Below, piece after piece: positions 8,430 to 17,049 of a stretch of DNA of 49,985 bases (the first letter of the stretch is position 1; each line of letters opens with the position of its first letter). The notes beneath the pieces are model-generated. The model ran no database searches. It was not told the origin of the DNA and saw nothing but the letters and a program-made list of their open reading frames with translations. This DNA comes from Thaumarchaeota archaeon UBA141 (lineage in GTDB: Archaea > Thermoproteota > Nitrososphaeria > Nitrososphaerales > UBA141). The stretch covers positions 1 through 49,985 of the forward strand of contig DAEN01000051.1 of the NCBI GenBank assembly GCA_002495315.1, given 5' to 3'. A program made the position numbers and the translations under genes.

Positions 8430-9407
8430 ATGGCTTCTTTAGGTGGGCACACGTATCTTGATATCGTTGAAAGACTTACTTATCGATTGGGTACACAATC
8501 ACGTCACATAGACTTCACTGGAGCACCAAAGTGGGAAATTCCTGAGAAGATCATCATAGGTACTGCTGCTTATGGCGTCTTTATTGACAAGGAACAAAAT
8601 CCGAATCAGCCAGTAACTCCTGAAGAATGCATCAAGGCCTTTGAACCCTGTATAGAGATGGGTGCACCTGGAGTACATACTCATGCTCGAGGAATGAAAG
8701 GTGGGTTTTATGAGCCGAATAAAGCCCGGACCTTTCTTCATTCTGTTCTAGATCCTCTTCGCAATAAATACGGTGACAAGATCGTTACTGATGGGGGAAT
8801 TGGGTACTATGGTAAGACTATGGATGAAAACCTCTTTCCGGTAGACGAGGGACTATACGAGGTAGTGATTCTTAATCCAAGTGTGGGGCAGATGGGTGAT
8901 TATGTTCGTGTTTACTCGCCAAAAGTGGTACAAGATGAGGTGAAATATGTTCAGGATCGTGGCAAGAAAGTTCTAATTGACATCCATGATACGACACATA
9001 TTGGTAATGCACAGAAATGGCTGGTGGATACTGGAGTCCTGCAGAAGCCATACTTCTGGCATATCTTGGGACCAGTGGATGGAGGCTTCATACATATGCC
9101 AAACCTAAGAGCAATGGTCGACGGTCTTCTGTACCTGGTAGATAGAATTAGAGATATTGACAAGGACTCCATAATCTACGTGAGTCAGTCAGGGAGAGCA
9201 TCTACCTATCTTATTGCGCTCTCTATCCTACTTGGCCTGCACGTCAGGGTGGGAATGGAAGATACGATCTGGAAATGGCCACATAGAGACGAGAAGATCA
9301 AGAGTAACGAGGAAGTGGTACGGGCAGCTATTGAGATAGCCAGATATCTGGGACGGGAACCTGCGACATCAGATGATTATCGCAAGATGGTCGGACTGAA
9401 ACGCTAG
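8430..9407 (+). CDS. Beta-keto acid cleavage enzyme family (BKACE / DUF849, 3-keto-5-aminohexanoate cleavage enzyme-like)
   Basis: PVTPEECIKAFEPCIEMGAPGVHTHARG resembles the BKACE N-terminal TIM-barrel block with its HxH zinc motif. I prefer ATG 8430 over the track start 8262, which overlaps gamma1. Confidence 0.6.
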   Translation: MASLGGHTYLDIVERLTYRLGTQSRHIDFTGAPKWEIPEKIIIGTAAYGVFIDKEQNPNQPVTPEECIKAFEPCIEMGAPGVHTHARGMKGGFYEPNKARTFLHSVLDPLRNKYGDKIVTDGGIGYYGKTMDENLFPVDEGLYEVVILNPSVGQMGDYVRVYSPKVVQDEVKYVQDRGKKVLIDIHDTTHIGNAQKWLVDTGVLQKPYFWHILGPVDGGFIHMPNLRAMVDGLLYLVDRIRDIDKDSIIYVSQSGRASTYLIALSILLGLHVRVGMEDTIWKWPHRDEKIKSNEEVVRAAIEIARYLGREPATSDDYRKMVGLKR

Positions 9408-10396
9408 GTCTTCTCAGCTGACTGTTTTCTAATCGCCTTTGACACTGCAGTAATCTTCTCCGGTGAGATATCCAGGGGTAGTTCCCATTCTGTAGAGATG
9501 AAGAAAGAGCCCTTTAGTTTGAGGATATCTGAAATATTGTCGACCAAAAGGTTAGGAGAGGTTTCCAAATCTTGGTGAGAAATACAAGCTGCATAAGTTG
9601 TTGTCTCAGTTTTCTTATTGGTTATAGTACTGGCGATCTTATCAGCTGGAAAAATATTTCCAAGCGAAACCGCTGTTGCTCCTAATTCTAGTATCTTCAA
9701 TGATTCGTTGATGGATCTTGTCATGGTTACTACTATGGACGGAGTTTCATAGTGGTGAAGAACATTCCAAGCTGGTTGTATGATCTCTTTCAATTCGTTT
9801 GCAGGGAGTGTCGGAAGACGGTCATCCACAATGAGGAGGCCGTCTACACCCATATCGCAAAAGATTCTTTCTAGATCGAGTAAAACCTCCATCGCCAAGT
9901 CAAGCGATCTGGCCCGGATTCTGCTAGGAACGCTAGTAAGAGGTGAACCAAGTAGACTTTCTGCCAGCTTTGCTGGACCAGTAACTCCTGCAAGAACCGG
10001 TATCTCCTTGCTCTTGAGCGTTATTATGCGCTTCGTTGCTTCAATGACTACCGGGATTCTGCCTCTGTTGCTTACACCTTGTGGTTCAAAATCGCTGAGT
10101 TCTTGCGGTTTCTTTGAGTTTCCTAGCGTTGGGGGGCCACTACTCCAAAGTACCGGGAGTCCCAAAGCTTCAGCTTCAAGAGTAGTATCAAAATTAGTTA
10201 CGATCGCGTCATCCATAAAGAGGCGATGAGCCTTCTCTAGTGAAATAGCCAGGCTAGTTGGATCATGGAGTTGTTGCGTCACTGAAATTTGCATCAATTT
10301 CGAGGCGTAGGTGAAAACAAACGGGATGAATAGTGGGCGTTCTGTCTTCTCTCCTCTGACCATCTGCGCGAAGAGATCTCTTGGATGTTTGCTCAA
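9404..10396 (-). CDS. Uroporphyrinogen decarboxylase / MtaA (MT2) fold protein, divergent, without the usual zinc ligands
   Basis: 330 aa. The internal block RGRIPVVIEATKRI...IPVLAGVTGPAKLAESLL closely resembles the MtaA/URO-D family. No H-x-C motif and only two Cys residues. The TTG start overlaps the stop of HyuA paralogue 2 (TTGA). Confidence 0.6.
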   Translation of the reverse strand: MSKHPRDLFAQMVRGEKTERPLFIPFVFTYASKLMQISVTQQLHDPTSLAISLEKAHRLFMDDAIVTNFDTTLEAEALGLPVLWSSGPPTLGNSKKPQELSDFEPQGVSNRGRIPVVIEATKRIITLKSKEIPVLAGVTGPAKLAESLLGSPLTSVPSRIRARSLDLAMEVLLDLERIFCDMGVDGLLIVDDRLPTLPANELKEIIQPAWNVLHHYETPSIVVTMTRSINESLKILELGATAVSLGNIFPADKIASTITNKKTETTTYAACISHQDLETSPNLLVDNISDILKLKGSFFISTEWELPLDISPEKITAVSKAIRKQSAEKT

Positions 10397-12447
10397 TCTC
10401 CAAATGACCGCTTAATAATTCCATTACGGAACTCGTCAACTTCATAATTAAATCCCTCTTCAAGCACTAGAGTCATGTCTTCTCCCTCTACCAGAGCAGG
10501 CCCTTTGAGTATATTCCCAGGTTGGAGCCTTCTATTTTCATATACTGCAGTCTTTCTTAACCCATCGTTACTGTAAGAATCACGCCTTCCCTTGAGTGCA
10601 AGTCTGGGGTCTTTCCCGCTTTTCTGGTACGATCTTTGGATTTGGTCAGTATTAGATGCGGTCGCTTTCAGTGTAATATTTTCGATCCATAAAGCCCCAT
10701 CCTTGGTACCAATTTGTCTAAAGGCGCTTTGAGCGGCTTTGCACACAAGTCTAATTTCTTTTCTATTTCTTACGAAAAACACCGGCGAGAGGAAGCTTAC
10801 TGAGCGATTAGACTCTTCTGAAAAGATCTGCACCTCGACATCAAACTGGATGTTCTTCAGCGAGACACCTTCTCCTGTCATATCTGTAATTGCCTTGGTC
10901 TTCAAATTCTGCAGGGCAATGTTGAATTGATGGATATTGATCTTATTTTCTTGCAATTCCGCGTTATACTTGACTTCGTAATAATGTGTCACAGTCATAG
11001 TTGATGCGCCGAAAGCGCAGAAGACGGATGAGAATGGAAATGTCACGATCATAGGATCCTTGATTGGCTTCAAGAAACCACAGCAGTGAGTTGGTCCAGC
11101 ACCACCGTAGACCAGTATTGTGGGTTGAGCTATTTTCTGTTCCCTGCCCACCTCATTCGAAAGCGCTGTGGCCATTGTTGCGTCTACGGTTCTCTTGATT
11201 AGCGCTGCAGCTTCGATAACATCCAGGTTCAAAGGAAGGGCTATGTGTTCTTTGATCGCTAGAGCTGCCTTATTTCTATCCAACTTCATGCGCCCCCCTA
11301 GGAAATATTTTGGGTCTATGTAACCCAAAACCAAATCAGCGTCGGTTACGGTGGGTTCATAGCCACCTAGGTCAAAACAAGCCGGGCCAGGAATGGAGCC
11401 CGCGCTTCTTGGTCCTACTTTCAAAGCCGACTTCATTTTATCGTCTATTTCTGCAATTGAACTGCCACCGGCTCCAATCGATCTGACCGGAATCATCCGG
11501 AGACGAACAGGTAATCCACTGATGGTTACTTCTGAGGTGGGTCGAGAAGATCCATTGGAAATTCTACCAATATCAAAGCTAGTTCCTCCCATGTCTGATA
11601 CAACTGCTTCTTTTACTCCATAGAGCTTTGCTACACTCAAACCACCGAAAACTCCTGCCGCAGGGCCCGAACTGAATGTCTGGATGGCGCTGGTCTTTGC
11701 AACTCTGGAAAGTCCGCCATGACCATTTACGATCATTAGAGGTTTGTTATATCCTGCCTTATGGAGTTCGTCTTCTGCTTTGTATAGGTGTTTTACCATG
11801 TCCCTGTGAAGATAAGCGTTCACAACAGCAGTGTTGGTCTTTACAAAGTCTTCACGTATAGCTGCGAGCTGACTGGCTAGAAGTACTGGTACATGTCCGA
11901 GGTAATGTTTAGGAAATTCTTCGGCCACTAAGGCTGCTATCTTGTGTTCATGAACCGGTTTGAAGTAGCTATTTCGAAAGCTGACGACAATTCGAGCACC
12001 CACGTCAGCGAGTTCTTCAACAGCCTGTCGACATTCGTTGAGATCTATATTTTTGGTTATGCGTCCTGTGTGATCTATTGATTCCTTTACACCAATGACG
12101 TGATCTTTGTTTAAGAGGGTATCTGTAAGTGTGTCTGCATTTAGGTCCTGGGACTGATAAAGAGATTTTTCGAAACCTTTTGTTAGTATGAGCCCAACCT
12201 TGGGGCCGCTTTTCGTGATAATTGTGTTTGTTCCAATTGTAGTAGAATAGCGAATAATATCTGTCTGGGAGAGCATTTCGTTTAATGTACAACCAAATAG
12301 CTTCGCGCCTTCGGTAATGCAGCTGAGGAGGGATTCGGTTAGGTCATGGTGGGTAGTGAGGACCTTGGCGAACTTATTCTCATTATTCCCTGTAAAGTAT
12401 CCATCTGTGAAAGTCCCTCCCGTGTCCACATTGATAGTGAAGCCCAC
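10393..12447 (-). CDS. Hydantoinase/oxoprolinase A-type subunit, paralogue 2
   Basis: 684 aa. Motifs: VDTGGTFTDG, SDMGGTSFDIG, GGAGPTHCCGF. Confidence 0.85.
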   Translation of the reverse strand: MGFTINVDTGGTFTDGYFTGNNENKFAKVLTTHHDLTESLLSCITEGAKLFGCTLNEMLSQTDIIRYSTTIGTNTIITKSGPKVGLILTKGFEKSLYQSQDLNADTLTDTLLNKDHVIGVKESIDHTGRITKNIDLNECRQAVEELADVGARIVVSFRNSYFKPVHEHKIAALVAEEFPKHYLGHVPVLLASQLAAIREDFVKTNTAVVNAYLHRDMVKHLYKAEDELHKAGYNKPLMIVNGHGGLSRVAKTSAIQTFSSGPAAGVFGGLSVAKLYGVKEAVVSDMGGTSFDIGRISNGSSRPTSEVTISGLPVRLRMIPVRSIGAGGSSIAEIDDKMKSALKVGPRSAGSIPGPACFDLGGYEPTVTDADLVLGYIDPKYFLGGRMKLDRNKAALAIKEHIALPLNLDVIEAAALIKRTVDATMATALSNEVGREQKIAQPTILVYGGAGPTHCCGFLKPIKDPMIVTFPFSSVFCAFGASTMTVTHYYEVKYNAELQENKINIHQFNIALQNLKTKAITDMTGEGVSLKNIQFDVEVQIFSEESNRSVSFLSPVFFVRNRKEIRLVCKAAQSAFRQIGTKDGALWIENITLKATASNTDQIQRSYQKSGKDPRLALKGRRDSYSNDGLRKTAVYENRRLQPGNILKGPALVEGEDMTLVLEEGFNYEVDEFRNGIIKRSFGD

Positions 12448-12531
12448 AGAGCCATTAACTCAAATTGCACTAAAAGAACTTACAGGAATATCTAGATCTA
12501 TTGCGGTGGCGGATCCCTTCTCCACAACATT

Positions 12532-12554
12532 ATTATGACGTGTCACGTCATAAT
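12532..12554. promoter_or_regulatory. 23-nt perfect palindrome ATTATGACGTG-T-CACGTCATAAT (candidate operator)
   Basis: Checked base by base: 11-bp arms around T12543. Flanked by AT-rich TATA-like stretches on both sides. Lies 85-107 nt upstream of the HyuA paralogue 2 start. Confidence 0.45.
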
Positions 12555-12601
12555 TATTTCCAGTACATGAAGGAATGGACGTATATCTGGTTGGCGATTG
12601 A

Positions 12602-12901
12602 TTGACAGACATTGATTCTAGCTCCGTAGAAGAACAGAATCGCATTTTCAGCCTGGAACAAAAGAGATTGTATGATCCTATGCCTGTATATGTTCCTCTG
12701 GATATTGATGCAGTGACGGTATGGAAGAAGACAGGCGAAGATGAGTACTTGGTTTGTGGGAAGTACGTAGGTCCGCACCGCATTGACGGACGTGTAGTTG
12801 GGCTTCAGTATAAACCACTGCCTTCTGACGAAGCCAGGATGGTGAGTCAAAACATAAAGGGGTTGAAGAAAGAATCTAGGTTGGAATTCCTCAGTGAATA
12901 A
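12602..12901 (+). CDS. Hypothetical small protein (start uncertain; an internal ATG gives MPVYVPLDID...)
   Basis: An open frame in an otherwise non-coding 640-nt gap. I recognise no family. Confidence 0.25.
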   Translation: MTDIDSSSVEEQNRIFSLEQKRLYDPMPVYVPLDIDAVTVWKKTGEDEYLVCGKYVGPHRIDGRVVGLQYKPLPSDEARMVSQNIKGLKKESRLEFLSE

Positions 12902-13053
12902 CGGCTTTAGTTGGAAATTCTTTCCTGCAAGATAGGATCAGTTCGCGCTTTCCGGTATGCTGGGTTCTGATGGTGTTGTGTAATTGCATAGTTCGTAGCC
13001 TATGACTCACACTTAACGATGGACTAACCGCTAGAAACAACGCGCAGAACACG

Positions 13054-13059
13054 TTATAT
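13054..13059 (+). promoter_or_regulatory. TATA-like element (TTATAT) upstream of amidinotransferase-fold paralogue 1
   Basis: About 28 nt upstream of ATG 13085. Confidence 0.35.
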
Positions 13060-13084
13060 GCCACCGATTAACAGGTAATATGAT

Positions 13085-14182
13085 ATGACAATTAGATATC
13101 CGCGTGGTGATTGGAAGGGTGCAATTGAGGATTATCCATTGGACGAATACCCTGATTACGAAGCGGGCAAATCGCCAAGATTTGAAAAGATTACGACTAT
13201 AAGCCATCAAGACGAAGTCGAACGGAGTACCGGACAAAAATGGGGCGAGCAAGGAATGGGGAGGCTCAGGGAGGTAGCATTGGTGAGGCCGACAGAATAT
13301 GAACTGAATCCGCTTTTCCTTAAGAATCCTGAGTTCTTTATCATGAGATATTACTTAGTGACCGGGAACAAGCCCAACATGAAGTTGCTCTTGGAGCAGC
13401 ATGATGCGTATTCCAAGGTTCTGAAAGATAATGGAATCAAGGTCAGATATATGGAATATGAGGACAATTGGGGTGCATACGGCCCGTTAAGGAAACATTT
13501 CGTAGCCGCTCGTCTGGGATTCGTTCTAAAGGGAGGAGTAGTCATTAAGCGATGGGGCCACGGTTCATGGTGCAGGGGTATGGAATATCATGCTCAGAAA
13601 TTCTTTGCTGACATAGGTTGTCCAATACTCCTATTTCCCTCGGGAAGAGCTATCTTTGAGGATGCCTGGGTTTGGCCGGCGGAGAATGTGTTGGTGGGCA
13701 ACTATGGTATTGCATGCAATGAAGAAGCGATGGAGCAGCTCACTCCCGTCTTAAAGGCCAACGACGTAGATAATGTCGTCATGGGCAATTCCACAAGCGT
13801 TATGGATAACATGGAAGCCAGCGGGGACTTTCATACTGATGTCTTCCTTGGGATAGCAGATTTGGGTCTGGCCATGGTATATCCAGGTCAGCTGGACTAC
13901 AAGATATACACCTGGCTCAAGGAACATAACTTCAGGCTCATTGAGATACCTCCTGATGAGCAGAGGAATTGTCTCCCATCAAATGGGGTCCTCCTAGAAC
14001 CTGGGAAGATTATCATGTCCACCGAGGCAAAGAAGACCAACGCCATGCTTCGCAAAGAAGGCGTAGATGTGATAGAAGTGGACACCAACGGCCTTTCTCA
14101 GGGCGGATTTAATGGCCTTCGTTGTTGTACATGCAGACTCTTGAGAGACCAAGGTCCAGAACTTGGGGAAATACGACGTTAG
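13085..14182 (+). CDS. Amidinotransferase-fold protein (guanidino-group-modifying enzyme superfamily), paralogue 1
   Basis: 365 aa. His motif GDFHTDVF and C-terminal Cys motif GLRCCTCRLLRD resemble the catalytic His and Cys blocks of arginine deiminase and glycine amidinotransferase. Confidence 0.7.
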   Translation: MTIRYPRGDWKGAIEDYPLDEYPDYEAGKSPRFEKITTISHQDEVERSTGQKWGEQGMGRLREVALVRPTEYELNPLFLKNPEFFIMRYYLVTGNKPNMKLLLEQHDAYSKVLKDNGIKVRYMEYEDNWGAYGPLRKHFVAARLGFVLKGGVVIKRWGHGSWCRGMEYHAQKFFADIGCPILLFPSGRAIFEDAWVWPAENVLVGNYGIACNEEAMEQLTPVLKANDVDNVVMGNSTSVMDNMEASGDFHTDVFLGIADLGLAMVYPGQLDYKIYTWLKEHNFRLIEIPPDEQRNCLPSNGVLLEPGKIIMSTEAKKTNAMLRKEGVDVIEVDTNGLSQGGFNGLRCCTCRLLRDQGPELGEIRR

Positions 14183-14221
14183 GAATTTCTTCCCAAGACA
14201 CAGTACCTGATTGATCTGTCA

Positions 14222-15736
14222 CTAGCTGACGGGGTATAGCTGGGATCCAAGCTTCCTGGGCAGGTACTTGCCTGTGCCAGGTTTCCCTGTTATCTGTCCG
14301 TCTTCAAAGACTATGTTGCCTCTGAGGATGGTCATCACCGGCCATCCGGTCAACTCTCTTTCTCTGAAGAAGGCATTGAACTTGGACTGAATTGTTTCTT
14401 GTGTGACTTTCTTAGTCAGTTTCATATCTACTACTACTACATCTCCATCAGCTCCGGCGATCAGTGCCCCCTTTTTCGGGTAAAGGCCAGCTGCCCAAGC
14501 GGAGTTCTTACAACAGACTTCTACAGTTCTCTCCAGTGAGAGTCGTCCTTTGTTTACACCTTCGCTGAGCATTGAAGGTAGATGGGTTTGCATTCCTATG
14601 CCTCCTGCTCCTCTATATACTTCCATATCTTCTGTAACGAAACCTGGCCCGACATTATCGTCTGGCATGCTTGGTACGTGATCAGTCCCCATACAGAAGA
14701 TACCGCCGTCTCTCAATGCAGAAACGAGTTTATCGTTATTTGCTCTGTCTCTTATTGGTGGTGTCAACTTTCCATACATGCCAGGAGGGTCCTGGGTTTC
14801 ATCGATCCATAGATGCTGTGGGTTGGCTTCAGCGTATATCTCAGTGCCATCTGCTCGAGCTTTGAGTACTTGATCAACACCTTCCGCAGAATTGATGTGG
14901 ACCACATATAGTGGAGCACCAGTCATTTTTGCAAGATATGCATAGTTCCTAATGTGAATGGCCTCAAGCCAGCCAGGAGATATGGCACTCCAGCCAGCCA
15001 TATCGCCGCGTCCTTCTTTGAGGATCCGTTTGAAGAATATTCTTGCAATGAACGTGTTTTCTGCGTGAATGTGAGCCATACACGGAGGCCCCAATTTCCC
15101 AATGCTTTCAAAGCCTAGGTAGATCGTTCCATCATCAAAACCATCAGGTATTCCCAGACGTGACGCAAATAGTCCTAATCCTCTCCGTCTAGTAATTCTA
15201 TTGCCGCCCATGTACCCAAGATAAAACTTGTACGATGTTACTCCGTATTCTTTAGCATAGAATGGTATTTCGAGAGCTTGTTCATCAGTAGCTATTGCAA
15301 AATTGTAGAAGATGTCTATTAACGCGCCGTCTTCCACAGCCTTCTTGGCAGCAGGGAAGGTCTCTTTGTAGGAAACTTGTTTTGGAGGATCGTTACTCCA
15401 GCCACTTCCCATTCTACTACTCTTTATGATCGCTCCCATGGTGGTAGTGCCGCCAATTGTAGCGACACTGGACTCATTCATGATATCGGTGGCGAAGTCC
15501 CTCTTGCCAGGATGGGTATGAGGGTCAACTACTCCTGGCAGTATGTGTTTTCCTTCGACGTCGATTGTTCGATCTCCAACAGGTAAGTTTGGGTCTCCAG
15601 CGACTACGACTATTTTCCCTTCGTTAATAGCTACGCCTCCAGGAAAGACTCCTTCCGGAGTCACGATTCGGCCATTCTTTAAAACCAGTTCTACAGACAA
15701 TTCTGTATATCTGTCCAAGTACCTCCATTTAAGCAC
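14222..15736 (-). CDS. Dihydropyrimidinase / D-hydantoinase-like cyclic amidohydrolase
   Basis: 504 aa. GVVDPHTHPG (HxH), SYKFYLGY (candidate carbamylated Lys), HIHAEN, YVVHINS and MGTDH give a full binuclear-metal ligand set. Confidence 0.8.
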   Translation of the reverse strand: MLKWRYLDRYTELSVELVLKNGRIVTPEGVFPGGVAINEGKIVVVAGDPNLPVGDRTIDVEGKHILPGVVDPHTHPGKRDFATDIMNESSVATIGGTTTMGAIIKSSRMGSGWSNDPPKQVSYKETFPAAKKAVEDGALIDIFYNFAIATDEQALEIPFYAKEYGVTSYKFYLGYMGGNRITRRRGLGLFASRLGIPDGFDDGTIYLGFESIGKLGPPCMAHIHAENTFIARIFFKRILKEGRGDMAGWSAISPGWLEAIHIRNYAYLAKMTGAPLYVVHINSAEGVDQVLKARADGTEIYAEANPQHLWIDETQDPPGMYGKLTPPIRDRANNDKLVSALRDGGIFCMGTDHVPSMPDDNVGPGFVTEDMEVYRGAGGIGMQTHLPSMLSEGVNKGRLSLERTVEVCCKNSAWAAGLYPKKGALIAGADGDVVVVDMKLTKKVTQETIQSKFNAFFRERELTGWPVMTILRGNIVFEDGQITGKPGTGKYLPRKLGSQLYPVS

Positions 15737-15856
15737 TAAGTGATAGTTTTGAATAACGGGAATGGATGTGCTTCAGACCCTTAGCTAGAAACGCAATTCT
15801 GATAGTGAGATAAAGTCATTTTTATGAACGAGATAGCGAATTCACGGATGGAGATA

Positions 15857-15864
15857 CATATTAA
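15857..15864 (+). promoter_or_regulatory. TATA-like element (CATATTAA) upstream of amidinotransferase-fold paralogue 2
   Basis: Centred about 27 nt upstream of ATG 15888. Confidence 0.35.
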
Positions 15865-15887
15865 CAACTAGAAATGTTGTTGAAAAT

Positions 15888-16982
15888 ATGAATTTCAAGA
15901 TACCTCGATCTGAATACAAGGGGGATTTGGCAGATTATCCACTTGAAAACTATCCCGACTATGAGCCCGGATGTCCGCCGCGTTTTGAAAAGCTAGCTGA
16001 AATCGGTCATCTTGAAGAGGAAGAAAGGGTATGGGGACAGAAATGGGGTGAACAAGGCATAGGAAGATTGCGAGAAATCGCTTTGGTAAAACCTACCGAC
16101 TACGAGATTCAGCCACTTTTCAAGAAAGATCCAACATTCTTCATGCTTAGGCATCACCTGATGACTGGAAGCAAGCTCAGCATCGAAGCACTTCAACATC
16201 AACATGAAGATTACGCCAAATTAATGGAAGAAAACGGCGTAAAAGTTCGATATATGGAGTTTGAGGATTATTGGGGTGCCTATGGCCCATTGAGGAAACC
16301 GTACGTGGCCGCTCGTCTCGGAACGGCAGTGAAAGGGGGTGTGATTATCAAGCGATGGGGTCATGGATCATGGAGCAGAGGCTTGGAAAGACATGCCATG
16401 AAGTTCTTTCTTAGTATTAATTGCCCAATCTTGTTGTACCCTGCGGGCAAAGCTATCTTCGAGGGAACAATGGTATTTCCAGCGGAGAATGTTGCCATAG
16501 GTCATTACGGCCTAGCCTGCAACAGAGAGGCGATGGAACAGGTGAATCCTGTACTGAAGGCAGCAGGTTTTGAAGAGGTCGTCATGGGTCATAGCTCCAC
16601 CGTCATGGATAGCTATTCCGGTGGAGGGTATTATCACTCAGATCTGATAATGTCGATAGTTGACCTGGGACTTGCACTCGTCGTCCCATCACAGCTCGAT
16701 TGGGATGTTTACATGTGGCTCAAGGAACACAAATACAAATTGATTGAAGTACCTCCTGAGGAATTGCTCAGCTGCGTAGCCGTGAACGGGATGCCTCTGG
16801 GTGATAGGAAGATTGTAATGCCTAAAGCTGCTGTCAAGACTAACGCATTGCTCAGGAAAGAGGGAGTTGATGTAATCGAACTGGATACTTCGGGATTACA
16901 TGGTCTGATGATGGGAGGTCTACGTTGCATGACTATGAGACTATATCGGGAGCCAGGCCCAAGGCTCGAGGAGCTGAAGTGA
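15888..16982 (+). CDS. Amidinotransferase-fold protein, paralogue 2
   Basis: 364 aa, collinear with paralogue 1 and roughly 55-60 percent identical by eye. Motifs: YYHSDLI and GGLRCMTMRLYRE. Confidence 0.7.
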   Translation: MNFKIPRSEYKGDLADYPLENYPDYEPGCPPRFEKLAEIGHLEEEERVWGQKWGEQGIGRLREIALVKPTDYEIQPLFKKDPTFFMLRHHLMTGSKLSIEALQHQHEDYAKLMEENGVKVRYMEFEDYWGAYGPLRKPYVAARLGTAVKGGVIIKRWGHGSWSRGLERHAMKFFLSINCPILLYPAGKAIFEGTMVFPAENVAIGHYGLACNREAMEQVNPVLKAAGFEEVVMGHSSTVMDSYSGGGYYHSDLIMSIVDLGLALVVPSQLDWDVYMWLKEHKYKLIEVPPEELLSCVAVNGMPLGDRKIVMPKAAVKTNALLRKEGVDVIELDTSGLHGLMMGGLRCMTMRLYREPGPRLEELK

Positions 16983-17049
16983 GTGGCAAGACTAAGCTGA
17001 GCTTTTTCTGGTTGCTCTAGACGCTTTCATTCCACAAGTATTGATTGCT

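Noticed and set aside
9404-10396. Recoding (in-frame TAG for pyrrolysine) linked to the MtaA-like gene
   Set aside because: The ORF is uninterrupted. No corrinoid protein, MttB/MtmB-like gene or in-frame amber codon is visible nearby.
12460-12850. Minus-strand ORFs of 107 and 98 aa in the HyuA2 upstream gap
   Set aside because: I recognise no motifs. They overlap each other and the palindrome/promoter region, so they are more likely chance ORFs in an AT-rich intergenic stretch.
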